Shown piece after piece: positions 39,189 through 52,620 of a stretch of DNA of 64,000 nucleotides (positions are counted from its first letter, which is position 1; each line of letters begins with the position of its first letter). The notes under the pieces were generated by a model that was given only the letters and a program-made list of their open reading frames with translations, did no database searches and had not been told where the DNA came from. Both the position numbers and the translations under genes were made by a program. The DNA comes from Antedon mediterranea (lineage: Eukaryota > Animalia > Echinodermata), in contig NC_092675.1 of assembly GCF_964355755.1 (NCBI RefSeq), positions 7,311,812-7,375,811 of the forward strand, written 5' to 3'.

Positions 39189-41630
39189 GAAAATCGGATT
39201 AGACCTTAATTAAGCAAGAATAATAGATTGTCTTTCAAAAATAGACGAAAATCATTTGAAATAAGTATGTTTTGCCAAAACAAATCCATGTCAGGTTTCC
39301 AGGTTTCTATTTAACAAATTTATTGATAAAATCAAATATGAAAAAAAAAATGTGTTCGCATTATTCCAGACATCCATTTGTTACCAGATGCACCAACCTT
39401 TTCATCCATTTATTCAATGCTTTATTTGGAAATCTCTGGTCCATAGAAAGTAGGCCTAAAAGTAACAAATAAGCTGTTTACCGGTACTGTATATTTACTA
39501 CAAGAGGGAGACCTCTAGAACAATCAAAGTATCCTAGAGGGAGACGTAACACTAAAAGTATGCTAGAGGGAGACATAACAGCCAAAGTATCCTCTACACG
39601 CTAGATGTATTGTATTGTCTCAATCTTCACAGATGTTGCATGAGTAAAGGTCTGTTTTCCGTGAAGAATGGAAATATGTGATTCGATTAAGCACTCTATT
39701 TGGTTTGCTTTATATTATTATTATTCATTTACTCGTTATAAAAACATACTTAATATAATATCAATCCCATGATAAAAAGACAAGTTACAACAGATAATCT
39801 AGATACACGGTATTATGTAATAAAGTACAATTCAAAAACAACAAAAAATAATACTGGTGATAAGATAAGATAACTTTAAGTGCTTACAAAGTAATCAATT
39901 AAATTAGCATTGTTACTTAAATATTTATAAATATAAAATGTATATACAATTGTAATCAATTCAATGCATATCAAAATATACAAATATGTTATTTTATGAG
40001 AACATTATCGAATTTAAATACGGAACCAAAACTACCATCGAGAATTATAGATGATTTGGTTGTACCAATGAGGACAGACGAATGTCCTCATTACTGCAAC
40101 TAATCTTAAAAGTAAATTTTTTGTTTAAAAGATGTTTAACTTATCGTTGAAAAATATTTAAATATGTTTTTATTTATTTTTACAGCTTTTTTTAAAATTT
40201 CTGTACAGGTATTTATTTATAACTTAGAAAATATCAATACTTAAAATATAATATAATATGAGAAGAAAAACATGTAATGTAACATGGTAAATTGGTTGTA
40301 TAAGTACATACATACATTTACATTAAACATAGATAGAATGTGGATAGTACATATTTATTTACATGTAAGTTCACGTAACTTACATTAGTGTACATATACA
40401 CAGTAATTGTACTTTATGGGGTTTTTTTTGGAAAAATATGTATAATCGATAATCGATATTCTTATAGATTAATGTCGTATTATTTTATTCAAATACTATT
40501 TATTGATTGGCAGATTATGTCCAATGCCCATTATTATAACAAATTTTACATTCCACGGCGACAGCTTTAATTATTGGTAGGAATATTACGACAGTAACAG
40601 GGTGGGTAGACATTTCAGGAAAACAAAATGCTAATCATCACACTTTTTGCCTTGCATTCGCCTCGCACTACGGAAACAAGAGCGAGGAGTGTCATGATAA
40701 ATGTTAACGTACTAGATACTACAGCTGTAACTAGATACATCTTAACTGACTATCGCAAGTCATCATCAGGAACAAGTCTAGGCGAAGTGTATTAAATACT
40801 TAAATGGAATACATTGTTGTCTCTACTTCTGTGAGTTCTATCTCATCTATCCCCCATGTCGACACTAAATCCGTAATCGGAGCAGATTGTTTTCAGACAG
40901 TTTTCAGAATTGTACTACTGCTAAATGTTTTCTTATATAATTAATTACTAATTTATTCATTCATTTAGAGTAAATAAAGTAAATATATTTTGACAGGGAT
41001 AAGTGCATGCGCAGGATAGCTCAGACGTAAGAAATCGAGCCCATACCTTCTTCACACAAAGGCAATTATTCTGTGCCAGTTTGAAGTGTGCTGTTATTAT
41101 GTGTAATATATAATACCTTTTTAAGGGTAGAGACGAATTCTTATAAGTATAACAAAAGGGTACAGTATGTCACAAAAAATGGAGGTATTTGAAACTGTTA
41201 AACAATGTGTAATATTGTATAATTATGGCATAGATATTTATAAATTTATTAGTCATTTGTATATGTATTTTTTTTTTTACCATAGTCTTGTGGAAATGTG
41301 TGTATGTTACAGAATATTTAATAAAATCACTGTAAACACAGTTTAGCTGTTCTTTATAGATATCTGTTTTATTTATTATATAATAAATTGTATAATGTAC
41401 TATAATGGGTTTTTTTCCCAAGAATTGGTTTGTGAAAATATGGTATGTCTACCAACTTGAGGATTGAATATTTATCTATATATAAATTTACGTAAGGGCA
41501 AAATTCGATAAATCGCGGTTTTTTTTTTAATTATTCAGTATATTACACAGAGGCGCCTTACAAGATGGAACCATCTTAGCTTCAAGGCGCCTCAGATTAA
41601 CAAATACAACACTTTAAAACAACAGAAACA

Positions 41631-44600
41631 TCAATTAAATCTTCCAGAATTAACAAGAAATTGTTGTACATAATAAAATAATAAAGCATTTTCACAATTC
41701 GAAAGAAGATCGGAACCAAAAATAAAAATTTCACTTAAAAATGTAAAATTAAATGTTAAAGAAAAATCCTTGGCTAAGATATCCTCAATAATTGAGTTAG
41801 CGCTTACAAGTAGAATATCTCTTTGTGTATTATAATTAGGGCAGTAACATAAGAAATGAAGCGGATTCTCAACATTAAAGCCACAAGTACAATTTGGATT
41901 GTCCCGAAGTCCATGTAAGAATAAATGTGAATTGAGACAGCTGAAACCAAGTCGGATTCTAGTGTGAATTTGGTTAATCTTCTTATCACCTGTATCATAA
42001 TAAGAACGTTTTTTTGTTTCAAACAAATTGGATTTCAGTAGCAATTTTTTAAACTCAACAAGAAATGAGGAATTTTTTATTTCATTATTTAACTCATTCC
42101 AATGTGTTATAATAGATGGGACAAAAGATAAACGATATGATGTGGTCTTACAAAATGGAATTATTATATTTCGGATGTTACGCAAGTTAAAAACTTCAAT
42201 ATTGTCAGAAAAATTAAATAAGGAGTAAAGATACACTGGTGTTAACTTATGAATAATTTTAAAAAACAGTATTAGGTTAAGAAATTGTCTACGTTTTTCC
42301 AATGATAACCAGCCTAATTCTTGTCTTAATGCATTATGACTTGTATGTTTCCACGCACCAGTACATATTCTACCTGTAGAAATCTGGATATTTTCTAGTT
42401 CATTACTTAATTTATCTGGAATATTACACCAAACAGGAGCTGCATATTCCATTAATGGTCTAACGTGTGATATGTAAATGTGACAGAGAGCCTGTCGAGG
42501 TAGAATATGTTTGACACGACGTAGCATATTTAAAGATAAAGACGCTTTGTTAATTACAGATTGGATATGGGAATCCCACTTGAGTTTTGCATTAAGCATT
42601 ACACCAAGATGCCTATGATCATTTACAAATTGTAGATTTACATTATTGAAATTTAAACTAACATAGTTATCTAAATGTTTACGTGTAAACAGTATAGCTT
42701 TCGTTTTGTTAGCATTGAATGTTACTTTCCATTTTTTTGCCCAATTATAAATGACATTAAGATCACCATTTAATTTTTGTTCTGAAATATTGCGATCTGT
42801 ACAAATATCATATAACGAAGTATCATCTGCATATAAACTAATATTAGATTTGATATTATCAACCATATAATTTATGAATACAATAAATAAAAATGGACCC
42901 AAAACAGATCCTTGGGGTACTCCTGCTGTAATGGTCACCCAAGGACTGGTAGTTCCTTCAATAATAACACGTTGCTCACGTGAGTTTAAGTAACTTTGGA
43001 ACCATTTTAGAAGAGTGCCATTAATTCCATATTGATTTAATTTGTATATAATCCCATTATGCCAAACTTTATCGAAGGCTTTGGAAATATCCAAAAATAC
43101 CGAGATTACTTCTTTCCTTAAATCTAAAGCTCTATTAAATGTATCTATAAGATAAAGAAGTTGATACGTTGTCGAGTCACCTGGTGTAAAACCAGATTGG
43201 AATTGAGTAAGAAGTTTATTATCCACAAAGTATTTATATACTATATCAAAAACTGCACGCTCAAAAATTTTTGCAAAGTTGGAAAGTATGGATATAGGGC
43301 GGTAGTTCTCAATAAGGGATTTATTGCCTTTTTTATGCAGAGGAATGACATTTGATTTTTTTCCATTCCACAGGAAAATATCCTTGGCTTATGCAGAAGT
43401 TATAAAGCTTTGTCAAAATGGGGTGCAATAATTTCAGCAGATTCTTTTAGTATGATACTGTGAATTTCATCAGGTCCCATCGCCTTGTTTTTATCCAGCA
43501 TAGTTAATAATTTCATGATCTCATCAACAGATAATTGAGAGTTGAGAGTCTCGATGCAGTTCTATATGTGAAGTCCGAAGGATGATTAGGAATAAACGAT
43601 TGAGATTTAAAATAATTGTTAAACGCTTTAACTTTCTCACTATTTAAAGTTAGGACATCATCGTTTAATTTGATTGGCGGAATCTTATTATATTGTTTGG
43701 AATTACAAACTGAATTTATGGTAGACCACCAAGTTTTTGAATCACAGTTTTTATTCATTAATAAATCAAATTGTTTATCCAAAAAAGTTTGTTTAGCTTT
43801 TCTTATTGCTTTAACAACTTTTGCGCGAATTTTCTTAAAACGTTGCATATGCGAATTTGAGTTATTTCGAGTGGAATGGGCGCGATTTCTTTTGCGAATA
43901 AGAGTTCTAATATGAGCATTAATCCAAGGCTTGTCATTAGGACGCACAGTTATAATTTTAGATATAATATAGTTATCAACACAATTATTAAATAAGTCAA
44001 TCCAATTATGACAAACATCTTCAACCTTTGAAGATGAATAAACTTCTTCCCAATTTACAGAATTAAGAGCATTACGATATAAATTAAAATCAGTTTTTTC
44101 AAAAAGATATATTTTACGATTGTATGGCTTGTCCCGTGTGATACGAATATCAATATTTGCATATACTGGACTGTGATCACAATTTAAAAGTGGGCACAAT
44201 GCACCAAAATCATAAATATATACATTTTGACTAGTAGGCCTAACTATATGGTCAATACAAGACCGTTGGTCTTTTATACAACGTGTTGGCATATTGATTA
44301 GACTTGCCCCAAGTCTGTATTATCTTTTTTTTAAATTTATTTGTTTTTGTTTCGACCGCGATTTTTGTCTGAAAATACAGACTTGTGAAACACGTATAGA
44401 AATCGATTTGCAGACCGCAAACATACGATAAGAATGACGTAGGTTATCATACCGTATTTGGCTATATGAGGCGGGCGGTATGTAAATATGGATTTCGAAT
44501 CAACCAATGATCATTTTGTTTCAAAATGAAAGAGATCGAGTACGTAGGCCTACCAGTGCTTAATGTACGATCGAGACTGTCGAAATATAAAATAGTAATG

Positions 44601-45932
44601 CCAAGTTGTTTTGTTTATTAATTGTTTAGTCCTTGGCCTAGGCCTCTTTCGTAGGTCCTACTCAACTCGCACGTATGACCTGCCAAATAAAACGCCAATG
44701 AAATCAGAAGTAGGCCTACATAACCACCGGCACACAACAGGGCTACATCACCACACAGAACAGGACAGGGTCTCGGTGGGAATTAAATCAAAATTATCTC
44801 CGCGTAATAAATGATCCATTCAATATTTGATTTGCGGAGAAGCTAGCCTATCATATATCAAGACGAGTTTTCATGTTTCAAAGATCCCATCAAATGTTTA
44901 CCAGACTACTACAAGGCATATAAAATAATTTCTAGCCTTCAGAACTTTCATAAATGTACCCAAATACACATTGTCTAAACGTAACATAGCGCATGCGCAT
45001 CATCTTAGTTGTTGAGTCTTTGAAATTCTGAAATATGAATATTTACACGTGTACGAGTGAGTAGCCAATCGCATGCAGCTGAAACTAGTCAACCGGATAA
45101 TCGTATGCACCAAGAATTCTTGGTGTCAAACCACGTGACTTGTGCGTGTTTCCCCAGACGGAGTATCCAAAATCAAGTAGTATACGTATGAAACGTCATC
45201 TGTGCCAAAATATTTATCTTTTAACTAATATTTAGACAAAACTCCGTCTGGAACCCAGACTAGCATATTGATGTGTTGAGTTAAACCGTTTTGTTGTAAA
45301 AATTCGTAAAATGATTTTCCAAATCTATTTGTGTTTCCATCATTGTACCAGTTGTTATTTTGAGCATTCATATCGCCCATCATTAAAGTTAAGCTGTGTC
45401 GAGACAAAACAAAGTTATTAGTACTGTTTTGAAAATAGTCAAGTAGATCCTGATCAGATTGAACATCACTTTGTGGTGGCCTATAACATACATAAGTCAA
45501 AATCGTCCAGTTTGAAACTTGTATTTAACACCTTATCACATCTGACAAGAGATCATTACAAATATGGGAATCAACTAAGTGTAGGCCTATAGAATTGGAT
45601 ATGTAAAGAGCACATCCGCCGCCATGGCGGTTTCTATCATTTCTAATAGGTTCTTGATAACCGTCTAGTAAAATGTCATGGTTCAAGATAGTTTGATCTA
45701 GCCATGTTTCTGTTAAAGCAATAATATCATAGTTATTTAAATTTGCTAGGTGTTGAATTTCAGCTAGTTTACCTGAAACGATTAGACTACGTATGTTAAT
45801 ATGGCAAACTGTAAACTGTTGCGGACCAGGATTTGGATGTATATCGCCGCACATTAAAAGCATGCACATTAGAATACTTAATTTGATAGCAACATTATTA
45901 CGCCCCAAATTTATGATAAATAAATTATCCAT
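41631..45932 (-). pseudogene. LINE ORF2 (2A-like peptide, APE endonuclease, reverse transcriptase, CCHC knuckle), disrupted
   Basis: APE motifs HINIRSL, LTETWL, GGGC, YRPP, GDMN, PTR, IDH, DH; RT motifs FLDISKAFD, GVPQGSVLGP, YADD; C-terminal CTCG..HFLCYC. In-frame stop at 45525-45527, insertion at 44299-45262, frameshifts in ~43230-43560. Confidence 0.93.
44299..45262. mobile_element. Hairpin-ended TAG...CTA element nested in the LINE endonuclease domain
   Basis: Perfect 10-bp TSD GCATATTGAT (44289-44298, 45263-45272); removal restores QHINMPTR in frame. Confidence 0.92.
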
Positions 45933-46737
45933 TATCAGTAAAAAAAATAAGTAAAGTACTCACTTTAAAAACGCTAGCACATATGAGAACACTTAGCCAA
46001 ACGAACATAGTAAACATTGAAATAAAAACAAGAGAACACGTTTTTGCTATCTAAAATCAACAAATAATGGTCATATTCCGTCGGTAAGAAACGAACTGTT
46101 AATGACACCGCACAGTCTAAACGTTCTTAATGTTCAGCAATCAGTCGTTCAAAATCATTTTCATTCTTGATATGCTTGGGTTTTTCTTCACCTTTACACA
46201 GGGCCCATGGGTGTGTAGAAAGCGACGACCTCGAATTGGACGACCCCAACGACCCGGGCGACCTCGAATTGGACGACCTAGAATTGGACGACCCATAACA
46301 CGAAACCGACGACCCCTATAATAGCCTAGCCTAGCCTAGGCCTAAGTATGGTATAACATCCCGAAGCCGAACATAACCAAAGATCTTTAAACCATACCTT
46401 ATATAATACTCGCAAGCAAGCAATTGATTGAAAAAATACAGAAATATCGCCATTTGATACTGAATGTGTCGACACGAACAAACGAACAGATATATGGAAC
46501 GCCAAGAGTGCATCATTAAAACTGCATTCGACTCGATTAGCACACGAAATATCATAAACATGGCAAACCAGGCCCCTTTTTCAGCGGCAGGTAAGGTTTG
46601 ACCATGGAGGTACTCCATGGTTTGACCAGCTCCATGGTTTGACCATGGAGGTATAAAAATATTTTTATACCTCCATGGTTTGACCGTATACAATGCATGT
46701 GCGAAATGTAAAGCTTTCTTATGGCCCTCCCCATGCA

Positions 46738-48700
46738 GGATTAGGCCAAGTTGAGCCGCCGACAAGTTGAGGCGCCGCCAGAAAAACGTTATTTTCTATG
46801 AAACGCCAAATGCTTACTTTCGCCGGTGCTCGTTTCTATTTAATAGAAGTTCTATTTATATTAATTATTAGATATAACGATGTATATTCCAAAGTTTATA
46901 TATCACGGTTTTTAGTATATATTATTAAATATTATAATTAAAGAGAAATAATTATGAATATCTGACTTGTAGATTCCAAAATATAAGGCCTAAAACATGA
47001 CCGAAAATGATCGTTTTTAGCCAAAAATGACGTAAACATGTTGCCCCCTCAGGCGGCAGTTGAAGTAAAATAATTGCATGAAATCACCGTTTTTTAGTAA
47101 AATATTTTGTGTATTAACATTGTAAAATTCAATAAAATATGATATTAAAAGATAGTAAATAAAAAATAATAATTATTTAACCTCATTCGAAAAATATCAA
47201 TACTCTATTAGTCCTGAGAGACAACGTGATTTTACGTGGTAGGCATACACGCGAGAAAAATATTATGGAGTGCACTGCATTTTTACCTTGAAAGATTAAA
47301 ACAATTAAATTATTAAATATGACTACTTTCCTTTGCTGTTTCAAACCAACAAAATTGTAGTATGTAATTATTATTTATTTTCATGACACAATCAGTGGCG
47401 TATCCAGTAGGGGGGCCGGGGGGCACCCCCCCCCCCCCTGATTTCGTTTCCGTCGGCACATCATCGCGGCCGTCGGCAAACAAAGGTGCCGGGGAAAAAA
47501 ATAAACTATTTATTCTGACAATAATTCAACTATTTTTTATTTTCATTACATCTAACGAAACACGTAAAAAATGTGTAGCACGTACGTACGGCCGTACGCG
47601 GTAGATTGTTTACTCAAAAGTCTTTGACCTTACCCTAAAACCTTGTTTTTGCATGCAGTTGAGCCTCTCATGACCTGGGATTTGTATGTCTTCCTACGCT
47701 AAGAGATTATATAGTTCCACATGCCATGTGCTTTTTTGTCTAAGATATATTTATTATAAGTGCAAAAAACCCGGTTTTTTTTCTCGATATGAGGCCTTTA
47801 TTATTCAAAATTTTTAAAGAAAAAGCACATATACCATAAAAAATATCCATGTATTTCATTTTTGGAACAGAATATTCCGTGAGGCTCAACTACAAAACCA
47901 CCATTTTGTGATATGATGTCATCGTAAGCCAATCAAAGCTGAGCTTTTTCGCGATTGGCATTGCTCACGGTTGAATGATTTAGGATTCTAGCTGATTTGA
48001 TTGGTGGATGCGAATCACCCGCAGCGGAATGTTTTCTCTCGCGCGTGTACCATGAATCTCTCTGATCGTTACTACACAAAGTTAGAGCAATGAATTTGTC
48101 CGAATTCCGTTAAGTAAACAACTTTATATATTTTATAAGCATTTAATAACATGTTTTATTGATATTTCCAATGGTGATATATAAAATAAATTACTAAAAA
48201 ACGTAATTATATGTAATTATTTTAACCAAAAATGGCGTAGTTAATAGAATTGTCGACTGAGGCCGAAATTGTTTTACTTCTTTCGTGGCTAAAAACGATC
48301 ATTTTCGGCGATGTTTTAGACCCTATATTTCGAAAACTACAAATCAGATTTTCCTAATTCTTTCTTTATTGTAATATGAATACAACATACTAACAGATAA
48401 TGTTGGTTTGGTTTTAATTTTGCATCGTTATCCCCGGATATAAGACAATATGACTATGTAATCCTTGATCAGAGACGTCGTGTATGTACACCAATTTTGT
48501 CGGCAAATTGGCAATTCCCGGCCCCCCAACTTCAAAATCCTGGATACGCCACTGGACACAATAAACCTAAAGACCATGAACTTATGTAGGGCCTACTAGA
48601 ACACCACTCTATCACTTCGCGAAATGTCGTAAAAGACGCACTGGCCGTTTCATAGAAATTACCGGCGGCTCAACTTGTCGGCGGCCCAACCGGTCATATC
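46738..48700. mobile_element. Second-level TIR element inside the foldback element
   Basis: Imperfect TIRs GGAT...GCCGCCGACAAGTTGAG...TTTCTATGAAACG; TSD (C)CCCATGCA, 8 or 9 bp (46729-46737, 48701-48709). Confidence 0.82.
47393..48554. mobile_element. Non-autonomous hAT-type element (innermost insertion)
   Basis: Perfect 15-bp TIR CAGTGGCGTATCCAG; 8-bp TSD GACACAAT (47385-47392, 48555-48562). Confidence 0.92.
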
Positions 48701-50645
48701 CCCCATGCACATATTAGGCTGCTTGGTAGGCCTATAGTGTTCGTTATAAGAAGACGAGATGTAATTATACGTCCATGGTTTAACCATGTATTGTATAATA
48801 TTTATTTCTTTTTAATTTATTTTTAATATGTCGAATGCAGTTTTAATGATGCACTCTTGGCGTTCCATATCTTTTCGTTTGTTCGTGTCGACACAATCAG
48901 TATCAAATGGCGATATTTCTGTATTTTTTCAATCAATTGCTTGCTTGCGAGTATTATATAATAAGGTATAGTTTAAAGATCTTTGGCTATTTTCGGCTTT
49001 GGGATGTTATACCACACTTAGGCCTAGGCTAGGCTAGGCTATAGGGGTCGTCGGTTTCGTGTTATGGGTCGTTCAATTCGAGGTCGTTCAATTCGAGGTC
49101 GCCCGGGTCGTTGGGGTCGTCCAATTCGAGGTCGTCGCTTTCTACACACCCCAGGGCCCATATCTTGCATCTGTTAGTCCAGGCACGTTGAACTCCATCA
49201 TGGTGTCTTACCTTCCAAAAGAGATTGAAATTTGCTTTTGTTAAGTCTTCCGAGATATAAACCGGCATACCCTTCAGTTTGGATTTGGCTGCAAACACAT
49301 TGTTACGGGTCCTGATTGAATTGAACCGAACAATTATTGGCCTAGGCTTGTCAGTAATAGGACCGATTCGATGAGATACTTCAATATTGTCGGACTTGAA
49401 AGTGATACCCATTTTGTCGCGAATAACCTCCGCCACCAAATCATCAGTTGACTTTGTCGAGTCCTGTAAACCGTAGAATCTAAGGTTATTGCGACGTGAA
49501 TATTGTTCTAAATAGTCCAATCTGGTTTCAATATTACTGATTTGCTCCTGCAGCTTATCAAATGCTTTGTTTAATGTCTCAGTAATAGAAGTAGTCGGCT
49601 CCTGAAGCAAGTCTTTCTTCAGCTTATCAACATCTAACTTCGGGGCCATGATTACACTTGCTTTTATACAGTACCACCACTGTTTTACATATCAGGTCAC
49701 AATCACAGCTGGTAATTTCGGCCAAATTTACTAATTTGCATAAGTGACGCAGATGTTTGGAAACCTTATTGAAGGATTTTGATTTGCATATGGCTAGCAC
49801 AGTAATAGTTAACCTTGCAGTGCTTTCAACGGTGAGCCAATGGCAATAGATGCGGTATCATGGGGGTAAAATACTCACTGCTTATTTACACCGACAGAGC
49901 ATTGACCATCATCTTTAAAAGTTTACATGATAAGTCCTCCTAGATGCTATTTACGATGATAATGATACAATCGGGAAAAAACAAAGATAAATGTCTCTTT
50001 GAAAGGTGAAAATCGAGAGCAAAAAAGTTGTACGTGCTCACTCACCCAATGTCTCTGTTACAAAAATCGCGGTTTATTTCTAGAATTTTTACTCGATGGT
50101 ATATAAAGTTGGTTCGCACTTTCGGTACTGATTTTAACCATGTTTACTAATTAAATTGAGTTAGATAATTAGTTATTGACAATTAAAACGAATTTAGGTT
50201 CAACGATTTGCCCCAAATAGAGGTGTTTCGTGGTCGTGGTATGAACCGTCTAATGGATGTCCAACTTGAAAAATACCCACAGACAATAATGCGAGGATGT
50301 TTCGCATTTTCCTATCTCCTCCTACGATAATTGTTTTTAATAGCTGAAAACCGGTTGAACAGCTCGAGTACAGCATCATAATGTTGTTTAAAAAATACTA
50401 TTTTGATAGATTTAACTGTACGTAGTGTGGGTGTTATTATTCTTTTTAGGCTATAATCGTATTCGAGTGTTATTGAAACTCACATACATGAAACTGGAAA
50501 ATAACTACCTCCCTCTACTGCCCCAATCCTGTTTATATCCCATTATTTCTTGATAAATCTTGCAATTTAGAATTAAAATATTTAGAATATCAACATAAAC
50601 TGTCACTGACTTAAAAACGTTTTTTTGTTTTGTTTTTTAACTCAG

Positions 50646-50885
50646 GCAATCCTAATGCTCTTCGTCGTAGTATTGCTGTACGTTTTAACATGGGGACCTT
50701 TCATGATATTTCAACTTCTGTATAGGTTTGACGTCATCGTAAGATATGAAAAAAACATATGGCTTGCATACACATTACTGAGGATATTTTATATAGGGAA
50801 TAGTTGTATGAATCCATTCTTATATGTTTTTATGTCAAGAAAATTCCGGTCAGGTATAAAGACATTGTGCTGTGTTAGACATTAA
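50646..50885 (+). pseudogene. Orphan terminal exon (TM6-ECL3-TM7-helix 8) of a fourth GPCR paralogue; coding exons 1-3 absent
   Basis: Acceptor TTTTTTAACTCAG|GCA as in the other copies; open frame AILMLFVVVLLYVLTWGPF...NSCMNPFLYVFMSRKFRSGIKTLCCVRH*. Preceded by intron-3-homologous DNA (41475-41521, 50064-50645); no exon 1-3 homology seen between 39188 and 50646. Confidence 0.8.
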
Positions 50886-52209
50886 ACATGGTGTATGGTG
50901 GTTTAAACTAATCCAGGACTCAGATAGTATAAAATATGAATGTTATAGTGGACTGTTCTTTCTCTGTAGTTTGAACAATTTATCAGTTTTCTTAATGTAA
51001 AACAGAATTTATTTTGGCGTACAATCAAAGGTTACATTTTATCAGACAAATTTAATGTCAATAGAGAAATTATTTTAGATTTATTTTATCAACCTGTTAA
51101 TCAATCTGTTTTACAATGTTACTGTGGTTTAGTATAACGAACATAAATTAATTAGAGAAAATAGAGTAGCAATTAATAATTGGTATCAATGTTAATAAAT
51201 TGGCCACAGAAGATTTTACCAAAATTTGGTTTATTATTATTATAGAAAACAAATAGATTACGTAATTATTTTCTCCCATCTGCTATGAGGCTTTTTAATG
51301 CAAACTTTCTGAAAATGTTTTTATATAATTGTTATATGACTACTTGCCATGTTTAATCTTTCTTAAAATTAGTATTTTTTGCATTTGCATTTTTCTTTTG
51401 GTGTCGTACTGTTTGCATTTTACCCATTTTATCATATTTTTACTATGTTCATATATAAGTGACAAGCAACACAATTTTCGAGCAAGTGTGCTTGACGAAA
51501 TAAATAAGAATGTAAGAAATACAAAATTAGCTTATTCATTAAATGATAATACAGTATATGGTTTGATGTTATCGTGGTCTTGTGTAAATTATTATCACAT
51601 TTATATTAACCGTAGATCATATAGTGTATAGTAGTACAAGAAGGAGGATGAAGTTGCAATTTCTAATGACGAAACATCGCCACCAGGTGTTTGGGTTTTT
51701 TGCCTATTTAATATTATTTACAACAAAATTGTCTGTTAATTGTTTTCTTCATAATAATTCACTTCTTACTTTTACCTATTTATATCTCTTTAAAAAATGT
51801 GTTGGTGTGTAAAACTTTGATTATTACTGTATAGTATTTGTATTAAGGTTATGTTGATTAAAGAAAAATGACGATTTGTAGAGACTAGATTTGGGGTGGG
51901 GAACGGGTGGGTTTTGTAAATATCAGGGTACTAGTTTTCATTATTATTACATCTTTATTATTATTGTTGTAAATTGTATAGTTAGCATTGTTATGTGGTT
52001 TTATGTTGATGTAGAACGCACCTTCATATCGAAGTGTGTCACTGTTACAAAAGTTTATGTTCAATTAAATTATTATTGTTAATGTATTAGTGCGTTGTGT
52101 TATTATCAGCTGATTGATCATCCTAAGACAGTGGTGCTTAATTAACCATGCAGGGCCGTACCACTTTACTGAGATGTAAGTTTTACAGAATAAAATAAAA
52201 AATGATATA

Positions 52210-52620
52210 TGCTGGTACTAAAAAATGCTGCAAATAGTAACAGAACAACATTAGTTGTAGCAACTGACAATAGTTTCATTGACTAACAATAAAACATGTG
52301 GACGTAAATTTTGTAAGAAGAAAGTCAAAGGGGGTCTGTTCCCTTTAAGTTAATGGACGATCCTGTCAAAACGCCACAAACAACCGGGAAATTTGAACAA
52401 AAAATGGGGGGTTTTAAAATTGCTCGTATGAAAAAAACGTGTAGCCCTACATTAAATCAAATTATGTTTTAAAATTACAAATCACAAATTATAACTCTTG
52501 TACAAAAAAAATGAAATGACAAGTAGTTATCGAGAAAATGCAATTTTAGTTTACTTTTTACGTTAGGACTGCTCACAGGCTTTTAAAAAATGTCTCCTAT
52601 CTTTTAACACTAGCAGGTCA
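52210..52620 (-). repeat. Dispersed repeat fragment, inverted homologue of ~5600-5900
   Basis: Shared blocks such as TGCTAGTGTTAAAAGATAGGA and AAATTGCATTTTCTCGA in reverse orientation. Confidence 0.65.

Larger units (their letters stand above)
46209..49151. mobile_element. Foldback/Mutator-like non-autonomous element with ~320-bp TIRs, nested in LINE ORF1
   Basis: TIR GGGTGTGTAGAAAGCGACGACCTCGAATT... with subterminal tandem CGACCTCGAATTGGA units; 10-bp TSD CAGGGCCCAT (46199-46208, 49152-49161). Confidence 0.9.
46127..49649 (-). pseudogene. LINE ORF1 (coiled coil plus RRM-like, L1 ORF1p-type), 189 aa when the insertion is removed
   Basis: 49649-49162 joined to 46208-46127 restores ...LEQYSRRNNLRFYGL...HRIG...PRPIIVRF...ISEDLT...KIWALCKGEEKPKHIKNENDFERLIAEH*. 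Confidence 0.88.
41522..50063 (-). mobile_element. Full-length CR1/L2-group non-LTR retrotransposon, inactivated and interrupted by nested insertions
   Basis: 12-bp TSD AAATCGCGGTTT (41510-41521, 50064-50075), short poly(A) tail, 5' UTR, ORF1, and ORF2 with APE, RT and CCHC domains. Confidence 0.93.

Noticed and set aside
46130-46321. ORF with repeated RPRIG, and the DDLEL-repeat tail of ORF 49062-49649
   Set aside because: Both are translations of the subterminal tandem repeats in the foldback TIRs.
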